64,000 nt of DNA from Nitrosopumilus sp. (lineage in GTDB: Archaea > Thermoproteota > Nitrososphaeria > Nitrososphaerales > Nitrosopumilaceae). Of this stretch, positions 32,297 through 42,600 are shown one piece after another. The translations under genes and the position numbers were made by a program. Numbering within the stretch: position 1 is the first letter of the stretch; every line of letters begins with the position of its first letter. The notes under the pieces are model-generated. The model was not told the DNA's origin. It saw only the letters and a list, made by a program, of their open reading frames with translations, and did not search any database. The stretch is taken from the NCBI GenBank assembly GCA_965204345.1, contig OZ241981.1, forward strand, positions 1,760,001 through 1,824,000, read 5' to 3'.

Positions 32297-33313
32297 ATGG
32301 ACGACTATGATAAAGAACTTTTAAATGAAATTCAATGGACTTTTCCACTTGTAACTAGGCCTTTTGATGCTATTGCTAAAAAATTTGATTCAACCCCTGA
32401 GGATATCAAAAAACGACTCAATCAACTAAAAGAGATTGGCGTTCTAAGACAACTCAGTGCCATTTTTGATACCAGAAAGCTAGGATACACCAGTTCTTTG
32501 GTTGCCATGGAAATCGAGGATGATAAACTTGAGGATGTTGCAAGTCAGATCAATGGCCATCCCGGCGTCAGCCATAATTATGAGCGAGATCATCAGTTCA
32601 ATCTCTGGTTTACTCTGGCTGTTCCTCCAGGTTCTGATTTGAAAGTTGAATTGGAGAAATTCAACGTGCTAAAGGGAATTAAAAAGGTAAGAATGCTGCC
32701 AACTTTGCAACTATTCAAAATTGGTGTCAAACTTGACATGGTAGACGATAAGAAGCATGATGTTGCACCTACAGAAGAAAAAAAAGAAGTTAAAAATATT
32801 GAATTTGTTCCGACTGAAAAAGACAAGGACTTTATTCGTGAATTACAAAAAGACATGGATATTGTTGATGAGCCCTTTGCTGGTGCCGCAAAAAATCTTG
32901 GAATGACTGAGGATGAATTGTTTACAAAAATGAAATATTACGAGGATATCGGTGTTATGAGGCGCTTTGCTGCCATTTTAAGACATAGGCAAGTCGGTTT
33001 TACTGCAAATGGCATGATTGTATGGAAAGTTCCCGAAGATCGAATCGCCAAGGTTGGAGAGACACTTGGCTCTTTTCCTCAGGTGAGTCATTGTTATGAG
33101 AGACCAACATATGCTGATTGGCCTTACAACGTGTTTTCGATGATTCATTGTAAAACCCATGATGAGGCAAACAAGATGGCCAAAACCATTCAAGATCAAA
33201 TCAATGTTGATGAATACAAAATTCTGTTTAGTTCCAGAGAATTTAAGAAAACCCGTGTTGAATATTTTGTAGAAGACTCTTTTAGCCTGGAAGAGACTGT
33301 TTCTGCATCCTAA
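32297..33313 (+). CDS. ahbAB: Fused siroheme decarboxylase AhbAB (NirDL-like, Lrp/AsnC fold)
   Basis: Two repeats with VSHNYER and VSHCYER; FPLVTRPF. Confidence 0.88.
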   Translation: MDDYDKELLNEIQWTFPLVTRPFDAIAKKFDSTPEDIKKRLNQLKEIGVLRQLSAIFDTRKLGYTSSLVAMEIEDDKLEDVASQINGHPGVSHNYERDHQFNLWFTLAVPPGSDLKVELEKFNVLKGIKKVRMLPTLQLFKIGVKLDMVDDKKHDVAPTEEKKEVKNIEFVPTEKDKDFIRELQKDMDIVDEPFAGAAKNLGMTEDELFTKMKYYEDIGVMRRFAAILRHRQVGFTANGMIVWKVPEDRIAKVGETLGSFPQVSHCYERPTYADWPYNVFSMIHCKTHDEANKMAKTIQDQINVDEYKILFSSREFKKTRVEYFVEDSFSLEETVSAS

Positions 33314-33654
33314 AACTCATTTTCATCGTGACCAACCACGTGTATTGTACAAAAATACTGATCGTTCATATTGCAATAGTATAGAGAGTCTTTTCCGCAT
33401 TCCTTGCATGGCGGCTTTTGATCTAATTCTGATAGTTTTGTATGGTACGCTCTACTGCTTCTGGCAGTAATGTTTGAGTCCTTGTATATTCTGGTGATAT
33501 TTGAATAGTACTCTAGCTCTTCAGGGTTGAGTATTTGGCCATTTTTCATCTTTTTAATCATGGCCTGCCATTTTCTGTATTTGCCTATTTTGGCAGCCTT
33601 CATCCTCTCGATGATTTCCATGGTTTTTTCTAAATCTATTGGACTGCCATCCAT
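33310..33654 (-). CDS. Hypothetical protein with C-terminal Zn finger
   Basis: CKEC...C...C..H...H. Confidence 0.75.
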   Translation of the reverse strand: MDGSPIDLEKTMEIIERMKAAKIGKYRKWQAMIKKMKNGQILNPEELEYYSNITRIYKDSNITARSSRAYHTKLSELDQKPPCKECGKDSLYYCNMNDQYFCTIHVVGHDENEF

Positions 33655-33660
33655 TTGATA

Positions 33661-34659
33661 TTAGCCTGTATGGGGGGTTGCCTTTAATTCATAGGGCGGC
33701 CACGTGTCATACAGTTCCTCTATTTCCTTCATATCTGATGCTGAAACGTATTCCCCCTTTGTCATTTCCACATAGTCTACAATCTCCTCTTCGCTCACTA
33801 CTGTTGGGAATACTGATGCAAATCCCTTCTTGGACATGATAAATTTCATTGACAGCTCTGTAATTGTCAGTCCGTTTCTATCTGCAATTGGTCTTAGCTG
33901 CTCTACTTTTTGCAGTGATGCCTTAATCCACTCTCCCTTCCTTACAGATCTATGATCCTTTTCATCTATTTTTGTCTCAGCATTTACTTTTCCTGTTAGT
34001 ATTCCTGATGCCTCCGGCACCCTGACTAAGACCCCCACATCCTTCTCTTCTGCCTTTTTCATCAGCTCCTTTCCCGGGGTCTGCTCTAAGATGTTGTAAA
34101 CTGTTTGGACTGCGCTCACATTTGGCTTATCCATTGCCTCTGTTCCTTCCTGTGTCCATCCTATTGCAGGACCTAGAGCAATCTGGTACGTCTTGATGGA
34201 TCCATCTGCAACAAGGCTATCCAACACATCAAAAATTGAATCCTCTCGTATGTGCTGTAACTTTGGATTGTGCAAACCATACATGTCTAAATGATCTGTT
34301 TGCAGCCTTTCTAGGCTGTCCCTTAGTGCCTTACGTGTAAAATTCTCGTCAAATTTCTGTGGAAGCTCACTGTGGCCAATTTGTTCTACTTTTGAAAAAT
34401 CATACCCGTATTTTGTAGAAATAACAACCTCATCTCTCATATCTTTGAAAACTTCGCCAATGAGCCTTTCACTCTTTCCTTTTCCATACATGTCGCCTGT
34501 CTCAAAAAAGTTAATCCCTAGGTCATATGCCTTTTTGAGCATTCGTTTTGCCTCATCTTCTTCAATTTTTTTGCCCCACCAATCCAAGGCAATTGACCAT
34601 GCACCAAATCCCAACTCTGACACTTTGATGTCTGTTTTTCCTAGTTTATTGTAGTTCAT
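33661..34659 (-). CDS. Aldo/keto reductase
   Basis: LGKTDIKVSELGFG, ETGDMYG and SLERLQTDHLD motifs. Confidence 0.93.
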   Translation of the reverse strand: MNYNKLGKTDIKVSELGFGAWSIALDWWGKKIEEDEAKRMLKKAYDLGINFFETGDMYGKGKSERLIGEVFKDMRDEVVISTKYGYDFSKVEQIGHSELPQKFDENFTRKALRDSLERLQTDHLDMYGLHNPKLQHIREDSIFDVLDSLVADGSIKTYQIALGPAIGWTQEGTEAMDKPNVSAVQTVYNILEQTPGKELMKKAEEKDVGVLVRVPEASGILTGKVNAETKIDEKDHRSVRKGEWIKASLQKVEQLRPIADRNGLTITELSMKFIMSKKGFASVFPTVVSEEEIVDYVEMTKGEYVSASDMKEIEELYDTWPPYELKATPHTG

Positions 34660-34714
34660 CTTTTAATTATTTGATTTCGACATATTTATTTATTAAACCT
34701 ATAATTCGATACTA

Positions 34715-34894
34715 ATGTCAAAGGCTGAATACGAATACAGGGTTGTTTCAAAAATTGATGTTATTGTTGTTGGAATTAACAAGAGGATAAGGCACATGCT
34801 ATCAGAGTTGGAGATTGGTGATACAGTCACTGCAAAATTGCTTTTTTGCAAGCATAAAGACATTCTTGGATTTAAAAGTGACAGTCTGCACTGA
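34715..34894 (+). CDS. Possible 59-aa protein
   Basis: ATG-to-TGA ORF (MSKAEYEYRVVSKIDV...) with an AT-rich promoter-like region upstream; no motif. Confidence 0.35.
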   Translation: MSKAEYEYRVVSKIDVIVVGINKRIRHMLSELEIGDTVTAKLLFCKHKDILGFKSDSLH

Positions 34895-35153
34895 ATGACA
34901 TTTCATACGCACTAAAAACGGCATGCAAATCAAAAAAGATCCAAAGAATAAATGATCCCGCAGTTCCCAAATCCTGAATGTGCCGCAGAACAGACAGAGG
35001 ACAACACTGAGATGAGAATAATCGATGACTCATTTGAGGACTATCTGAAATGATTGGCTGCTGAAATGATGCAAGATTCAAAACGCATATGATTTGTGAA
35101 ATGATGTCAGATTCTCAAATAATGTTATATTCCGGTATATTACAATATACCAT

Positions 35154-35381
35154 ATGAGTACCATGAAGGTATCTGAGCAGACCAAAAAGAGGATCGGCAG
35201 GTTCCGAAACTATCCAAAGGAACCATACGAGTCAGTCATCAAGAGGATGGCCCAGGTGTATGAAGAAGATTTGGAACTTGGCGAGGATGACATAAGAGAC
35301 ATTCAAAGTAGTCTTGATGATCTCAAGGAAGGACGCATCAATACGCATGAGCAGGTCAAAAATGAGTTTGGGTTAAAGTAA
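35154..35381 (+). CDS. Antitoxin (RHH-like N-terminus, acidic C-terminus)
   Basis: TMKVS..TKKR...YESVI.R and DLKEGRI..HEQVK; abuts the toxin gene. Confidence 0.8.
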   Translation: MSTMKVSEQTKKRIGRFRNYPKEPYESVIKRMAQVYEEDLELGEDDIRDIQSSLDDLKEGRINTHEQVKNEFGLK

Positions 35382-35633
35382 ATGTGGAGGATAGTGTGGA
35401 CTGCCACTGCAAAACGGCAGTTCAGAAAGATAAACAGGCAAAACCAGCAGCGAATCATGACTGCACTTGATGACTGCATTGAGAACCCGATGGTCATGAC
35501 AACCCAGCTTGCGGGAAGCAATCTAAGGCGTCTCAAAGTTGGCAATTACAGAGTAATAGCACACATCCAAAAACAGCAAGTCACAATTGGAATCATCAGG
35601 GTACAGCACAGAAAGAATGTTTACAAACTATAA
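35382..35633 (+). CDS. relE: RelE/ParE-family toxin
   Basis: WRIVWT..AKRQ, RRLKVGNYRVI and HRKNVY motifs. Confidence 0.9.
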   Translation: MWRIVWTATAKRQFRKINRQNQQRIMTALDDCIENPMVMTTQLAGSNLRRLKVGNYRVIAHIQKQQVTIGIIRVQHRKNVYKL

Positions 35634-35799
35634 TGGTGCACAAAAATGACGTATCTTGAGAATTTCCCACAGCAGTACGCTCCAAAAGATGCAGTAGGCA
35701 ATGCGTCTACAGGTCACTTTAAGGATTATTATGCTATGCATCCACAAGGTTTATTGGAAAATTAAGAGTAACAATGTCGGTTTTCAAGCAAGTTAGCCA

Positions 35800-36218
35800 T
35801 TGTACTTGGTATCCACTGTTAACATGACACAAAAGACACCTAGGGCATTTATCACAGACGGATTACCAGCTTATGCTAGTGCATCAAGGAGGATATTTGG
35901 CAAGAAGACATATCATTCAAGAAATGTCCATCTTAGAGGCCAGATGAACAACAACAAGATGGAACGCCTAAATGGAGAGATCAGGGATAGGGAGAAGGTA
36001 TTCAGGGGATTAAAGAGAAAAGATACGCCGCTGATTGCAGGGCTGAAGCTATGGTACAATTTCTCAAAGGAACATGGAGGGTTAGGTGGTGATGTTACGC
36101 CTTCTGAGGCTGCACTAATCAGGGTTGACGGTGATAACAAGTGGAAAACTATCATACAGAACGCCTCACTTTACAAGGAAAATTCGATCTAAACAACTCC
36201 CGAAGATGTTACAGAACC
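35800..36218 (+). mobile_element. 5'-truncated IS6-family element (transposase C-terminus plus right end)
   Basis: FITDGLPAY, NNNKMER.N...RDR and WYNF motifs; right end reads GGTTCTGTAACATC on the - strand (36205-36218), an IS6-like terminus. Confidence 0.75.
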
Positions 36219-36263
36219 TTTGATAGCACTTCTAATATAGTATGCCAAAAAACCAACAAACCG

Positions 36264-37619
36264 ATGCGGATTCTGCTTGCCATATCCATTGTATCACTTT
36301 TTGGAGTTACCAGTGCATATGCTGAGATTGCCTCCCCCTACGAGCAGCTAAAATCCGGTGTGCCGCTATATGAAATCCAGTGTGAGTATCAAAAGATTCT
36401 ACTGGAATCTCCTAGGAACAACAAGCCTGTATGTGTAAAAAGTGATACGGCAGACATACTGGTGGAGCGCGGCTGGTACATGATAAAAATATTTGATGAG
36501 CTGCCATCTGCTGAGCTGCCATCTGCTGAGCTGCCATCTGCTGAGCTGCCTGTAGCAACTACTAACAACCAGACAGAAAGCAACTCAGATGCTGTCTCTG
36601 ATCCGGTACAGACAGAGACATACTATCCTCACCACAGAGATCGGTATATTATTGCACGTAGTTCTGGCGGTATAGACCTATCTGTAATTGAACCGCTTCC
36701 TGAAGGTGTCTACCTTCCCACAACCATAGAAAACTATGAGCGCATTATGCAAAAAATACTTGATGGCATAGACGACAAACTGATACTTCCAAATTCCGAA
36801 GGTCCAAGATATGACTATACTCTTCAACCCCTTCCTGGAGGTCGCGAAGTAGGAGAACGGCTGAACTATACATACTATACAGAACAAGGAAACATTATCA
36901 GGCCAGACGGCGCTAATAAAATAGAGCTGATAATATTAGAACCTGATGAAATATTCAGGTCAGATTATTTGGATAAAAAAATGTCCGAATATTACTCCCT
37001 TGACCAAAAGGATGAGCTTGCATTTGCCAAAAATCTAATAGCAGGTCGAGAAAAATTCCTGCAAAACTTTGTAGAAAAATCAGAACTGCCAAGGATAGTA
37101 AAGACAAACCATCTGCAGGAGAAATCACACGTGTATCTTGAAAATGGTCAAATAGAAATGCGAATGGAATGGGGTAATGTGTACATGTATTTTGTGTATG
37201 AGGAAGAACCTCCATTTCATTCGTTGTCAAAAAATACGATGCGTCAATTAATGCATCAGTTTGCTATTGATAATGTACACGTAATAGATCGAGAAAGGTG
37301 TGATAACCTTGTCCTATACGATAAGGATGATATCCGCGATATTGGAATTATAGGAGATCTAGTAGGGATTCCCATATGGAAAGCAACTGTGGGAATTTGT
37401 GATCGAATTTATAGACATGATATAGAAGAATGTAAAGCATCATCTTCGTCCGCGATGATTGATAATGGAATTTGTGATTCAATTTATAAACCTCATACAG
37501 AGTACGTAAATGTTCGTATGGAGGGCATTACGGGAGAGATTGGTTGGTTTTCTAATTCTCCAAGAATAGATGACTGGATTGACAAGATAAACATTCCAGA
37601 ACATGCCAAGGTAAGATAA
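36264..37619 (+). CDS. Secreted protein A, copy 1 (2-Cys N-domain, ELPSA repeats)
   Basis: Signal peptide MRILLAISIVSLFGVTSAYA; paralogue of 38272..39546. Confidence 0.88.
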   Translation: MRILLAISIVSLFGVTSAYAEIASPYEQLKSGVPLYEIQCEYQKILLESPRNNKPVCVKSDTADILVERGWYMIKIFDELPSAELPSAELPSAELPVATTNNQTESNSDAVSDPVQTETYYPHHRDRYIIARSSGGIDLSVIEPLPEGVYLPTTIENYERIMQKILDGIDDKLILPNSEGPRYDYTLQPLPGGREVGERLNYTYYTEQGNIIRPDGANKIELIILEPDEIFRSDYLDKKMSEYYSLDQKDELAFAKNLIAGREKFLQNFVEKSELPRIVKTNHLQEKSHVYLENGQIEMRMEWGNVYMYFVYEEEPPFHSLSKNTMRQLMHQFAIDNVHVIDRERCDNLVLYDKDDIRDIGIIGDLVGIPIWKATVGICDRIYRHDIEECKASSSSAMIDNGICDSIYKPHTEYVNVRMEGITGEIGWFSNSPRIDDWIDKINIPEHAKVR

Positions 37620-37738
37620 AACAGATGTGAATATTGTACATTACGCCTGAAAAATCAAAGCTTGACCATTCACATATGACCAAAAACAGATTCTCAGGAT
37701 GCAAATTTTGACATACTACTCCTTTTGGACAATGTGTA

Positions 37739-38248
37739 ATGACTAACTTACTTGCCATACTGCTAGCAATCTTTGCAGTTATGGGAATCGGGCACGCATA
37801 TGCACAGACATCTGAACTGTTTGTACCCTTGCCAGACAGTGAGCTAGAATCACTTGATGCTTTTGAAGGGTATAACTTTGAATCAAAGATGGTAACAATA
37901 GATACGCAAGTTTTCTCATCAGAGCAACTAAGCATTACAATATTTGGTCAATCAACAACTTTCACAAAAGACTCAGTAGAGCATTATGAAGATGGCAACT
38001 ATCTGTGGGAGGGTTCAAATGATAATGAAGAAACTGCAATGTTTGAAGTAAGCGGTACAAAGGCAGTGGGAATAATAGACACATCAAACAGAACATTCCA
38101 AGTGTTTCCCGTAGAGGATACAACACATGAGGTGTATCTTATTGATCAGTCCCAGTTTCCACCAGACACCGTCGTACCACCTGGCGCAAGCGGTGAGCAA
38201 TCCTTTGACAGAGATGAGACATATCACTTAATAGCACTTCTAATATAG
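37739..38248 (+). pseudogene. Truncated copy of the N-terminus (signal peptide and propeptide) of the 1506-aa protein
   Basis: Near-identical to the first ~160 aa of 39662..44179, cut at the duplication junction. Confidence 0.85.
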
Positions 38249-38271
38249 TATGCCAAAAAACCAACAAACCG

Positions 38272-39546
38272 ATGCGGATTCTGCTTGCCATATCCATTGT
38301 ATCACTTTTTGGAGTTGCCTGTGCATATGCTGAGATTGCCTCCCCCTATGAGCAGCTAAAATCCGGTGTGCCGCTATATGAAATCCAGTGTGAGTATCAA
38401 AAAATACTGTTGGAATCTCCTAGGAACAACAAGCCTGTATGTGTAAAAAGTGATACGGCAGACATACTGGTGGAGCGCGGCTGGTACATGATAAAAATAT
38501 TTGATGAGCTGCCAGTTGATGAGCTGCCGCCGGATTCAACTTTGCCTGTAGCAACTACTAACAATCAGACAGAAAGCAGCTCAGATGTTGTCTCTGTTCC
38601 TGTACAGACAGAGACATATTATCCTCACCACAGAGACCGGTATATTATTGGAAGTAGTTCTGGCGGTATAGACCTATCTGTAATTGAACCGCTTCCTGAA
38701 GGTGTCTACCTTCCCACAACCATAGAAAACTATGAGCGCATTATGCAAAAAATACTTGATGGCATAGACGACAAACTGATACTTCCAAATTCCGAAGGTC
38801 CAAGATATGACTATACTCTTGACATCATTCCGGGATATCCTGAAACAGGAACGAAGCTGAACTATACATACTATACAGAACAAGGAAACATTATCAGGCC
38901 ATTGCGTAGTACTCAAATAGAGCTGATAATATTAGAACCTGATGAAATATTCAGGTCAGATTATTTGGATAAAAAAATGTCCGAATATTACTCCCTTGAC
39001 CAAAAGGATGAGCTTGCATTTGCCAAAGATCTAATTGCAGGTCCAGAAGAATTCATACAAAACTTTGTGGAAAAATCAGGACTGCCAAGGATAGTAAATA
39101 TGAACCCTGATTTTGACCGTTCATTGATAACTCTTGAAAATGGTCAAATAGAAATGCGAATGGAATGGGATAATGTGTACATGTATTTTGTGTATGAGGA
39201 AGAACCTCCATTTCATTCGTTGTCAAAAAATACGATGCGTCAATTAATGCATCAGTTTGCTATTGATAATGTACACGTAATAGATCGAGAAAGGTGTGAT
39301 AACCTTGTCCTATACGATAAAGATGATATCCGCAATATTGGAATTACAACCGATCTAGCAGGGATTCCACTATGGAAAGCACATGTGGGAACTTGTGATG
39401 GTTCAATTTATAAACATCATACAAAGTACGTATATGTTAGCATGGAGGGCATTACAGGAGAGATTGGCTGGTTTTCTGGTCGTACTCCGGTAATAGATGA
39501 CTGGATTGACAAGATAAACATTCCAGAACATGCCAAGGTAAGATAA
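38272..39546 (+). CDS. Secreted protein A, copy 2
   Basis: Long identical stretches with copy 1, interrupted by divergent blocks. Confidence 0.9.
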   Translation: MRILLAISIVSLFGVACAYAEIASPYEQLKSGVPLYEIQCEYQKILLESPRNNKPVCVKSDTADILVERGWYMIKIFDELPVDELPPDSTLPVATTNNQTESSSDVVSVPVQTETYYPHHRDRYIIGSSSGGIDLSVIEPLPEGVYLPTTIENYERIMQKILDGIDDKLILPNSEGPRYDYTLDIIPGYPETGTKLNYTYYTEQGNIIRPLRSTQIELIILEPDEIFRSDYLDKKMSEYYSLDQKDELAFAKDLIAGPEEFIQNFVEKSGLPRIVNMNPDFDRSLITLENGQIEMRMEWDNVYMYFVYEEEPPFHSLSKNTMRQLMHQFAIDNVHVIDRERCDNLVLYDKDDIRNIGITTDLAGIPLWKAHVGTCDGSIYKHHTKYVYVSMEGITGEIGWFSGRTPVIDDWIDKINIPEHAKVR

Positions 39547-39661
39547 AACAGGTAGAATATTGTCAATTACGCCTCAAAAATCAAAGCTTGACCATTCACA
39601 TATGACTAAAAACAGATTCTCAGAATACAAATTTTGATATACTACTTTTGGACAAGGTGTG

Positions 39662-42600
39662 ATGACTAACTTACTTGCCCTGTTGTTGGCAATCTTTGCA
39701 GTTATGGGAATCGGTCACGCATATGCCCAGACATCTGAACTGTTTGTACCCTTGCCAGACAGTGAGCTAGAATCACTTGATGCTTTTGAAGGGTATAACT
39801 TTGAATCACAGATGGTAACAATAGATACGCAAGTTTTCTCATCAGAGCAACTAAGCATTACAATATTTGGTCAATCAACAACTTTCACAAAAGACTCAGT
39901 AGAGCATTATGAAGATGGCAACTATCTGTGGGAGGGTTCCAATGATAATGAAGAGACTGCAATGTTTGAAGTAAGCGGTACAAAGGCAGTGGGAATAATA
40001 GACACATCAAACAGAACATTCCAAGTGTTTCCCGTAGAGGCCACAACACATGAAGTGTATCTCATTGATCAGTCCCAGTTTCCACCAGACACCGTCGTAC
40101 CACCTGGCGCAAGCGGTGAGCAATCCTTTGACAGAGATGAAATAGACCATTTAGTGGAATCATACATTGGAGGATTCAAGTACGTTAGATTTACCGAAGA
40201 CCTGGTCATAGACGTATTCATAGCCATAACTACTGATGCAATTAGCGAATATGGTAGCTTAGAACGGTTCATCTCAAACTCGGTAATACGTAACACAGAT
40301 AGTACGTATGGATATAACAATATTCCAGTTGAACTCAACCTCGTAGATCGTGTTCGTGTAAGCGGATATACCGAGACTGACGACTTGGAGACTGATCTTT
40401 ATAAATTCCGATTCTCTGATGAGGGCAACTTGGAAAGAGTTCGTGTGTTAATAGAGAGAGAAGAGGCAGATATTGCAATAATGTTTGTTGATAGTATTAT
40501 TGATGATGATGTTGATGTTGATGATTATGCTAAAGATTTGGATAACAAATGCTCTCTAGCTGCACAACAGCTTGTTAGAACTCCAAGTACGGCATTTGCA
40601 GTGGTGGACATAAAATGTCTTGCTGCATACTCTGCAACCAACGCAATAGGGCGTATGCACGGGGCAGGATACGACATCGACATGGAAAGAAACCCAATTT
40701 TCAGTCACGGTCATGGGTATTATGATGTAGGCATTGCTCAAAGAACAATGATGGCATCAAGTGGTGGCAACTGTGATAATCCAATTACTCAGACAAAAGA
40801 AACATGTGATAGAAGAAGAGTATGGTCGGATCCATTCAGAAATTTCCTTGGTACAACCAACAGGATAGGTGACGATGTCAGCTGGAATGCCAGAGTAGTC
40901 TTTGCAACAGCGCCACACATTGCATCACTGCGCGGACCTGCACAGACATACGATGACACAAGACCTACAGGCTCTGTCACACTGCCTCAAAACATACCGC
41001 AGAGCGGAAAACTGAACATTTCTGCTACATTTAATGAAATTATAAACCCAAACTTCCCACTTGATGTCACTATCACAAACGGCTACACATCAACTACCGG
41101 AACGATGACTCGTACATCAGATACGACCTTTGAATACTCACACCTGCTTGACGGAGAAGACGGCACATTTGTAATACTGTTTTCAAATGCACGCGATATA
41201 TTTGGAAATCCAGTTGCCAAGACCCCCACTTCAGGAGGCATGGTGACACTAGACGCAGAGGACATACTGCACAGGCCATTCTCAGGACCAATCACTACCA
41301 ATTTTGAAGATAATTTTCAAGGAGGGCTATCTCAGTGGAAGCTTACGGGATACGGCAGACCAACAACAGCTACTCCTGATGAAGTCATATTCCCGGCAAC
41401 AGATATAGATACTGCAAACAAAGTAATGTCATCTAATCAATGTAGCAGAATATGCATGTCCACAATACCTACTTTACTTGATACACGCCAACCACTTACA
41501 ATATCCTTTGATAGATTTGTAGACAAATCCATTAGACAGGACGATGGTCTTTATCTGGAGTATTCTGTAGATGATGGAACAACATGGACCACGCTTGCCG
41601 AATATACTAGCGACAATGACGAAGACACAGACGATTGGGAGCGCGAATACGTCTCTCTTGTAATACCTCAAAGCAGTGCAAAACTGCGTCTGCTAATGGA
41701 CGTATCTGAACGTAGAGGCTTTGTAGAAGTAGACAACTTTAAGGTATACAAGCCTGTACCTGCCGTACCAGACATCATGCTCAGACCCATACTGAGCATG
41801 GACAGAACACAGATATCCTTTAGCCTGATGGAGAGAATTCCAGTTAGGCTGGATGCGTCAGACTTTGAGATTAGCCATGGAACAATTACTTCATTGTCTC
41901 ATCGAGCAAACTCTTCATCGGCAAGCATGCGCGTTGCAGACATTCCCTATGACACACCAATTACTGTGACATACACGGGACCGAGTATTCTGATAAATGG
42001 TGTATATCTGAATTCGGGCACCAGCGGAATGACAAACAGCATACCAAAGCCTGTTGTTCTTCCAGAAATAACTGCGCCATCAGATATGACAATAGAGGCA
42101 ACAGGTGCACTTACACGTCTTGCCGCAGAACAGCTTGGAACACCAACGGTAACTGGTGACAGACTTTTGCCAGCAACAAACAATGCACCAAGGGATTTCC
42201 CACTGGGTGATACGACAGTAAGGTGGACTGTAACTGATGCCTCACGAAATTCTGCAACAGACACTCAGGTTATAACCATACGTGATACCACTCCGCCGGT
42301 AATACAGGATGTTACAGACCTGACATTAGAGACTGACACCGATTCCATTGCAGCAAACTATGCTGTACCTGTTGCAACAGATACAGTAGACACATCAGTT
42401 GACGTATCATGTAATGTTGCAGTTGGAGCAGACCTACCGATTGGAGAGCACATTATAACGTGTACGGCAACAGACGACTCTGAAAACACATCTCAGACCA
42501 TCTTTAGGATAACTGTAATATTTCCAGATTTTGTTATGCCAGTCATTACAGCTCCCACTGATATTACCTTGGAGGCCACTGGCATCCTAACACCTGTGAA

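Larger units (their letters stand above)
36223..40140 (+). repeat. ~2-kb tandem duplication (36223-38217 and 38231-40140)
   Basis: Both units begin ATAGCACTTCTAATATAGTATGCC and end GACAGAGATGA. Confidence 0.92.

Noticed and set aside
36264-39546. Diversity-generating retroelement TR/VR pair
   Set aside because: Differences involve all four bases, both copies are full genes, and no reverse transcriptase is in the window.
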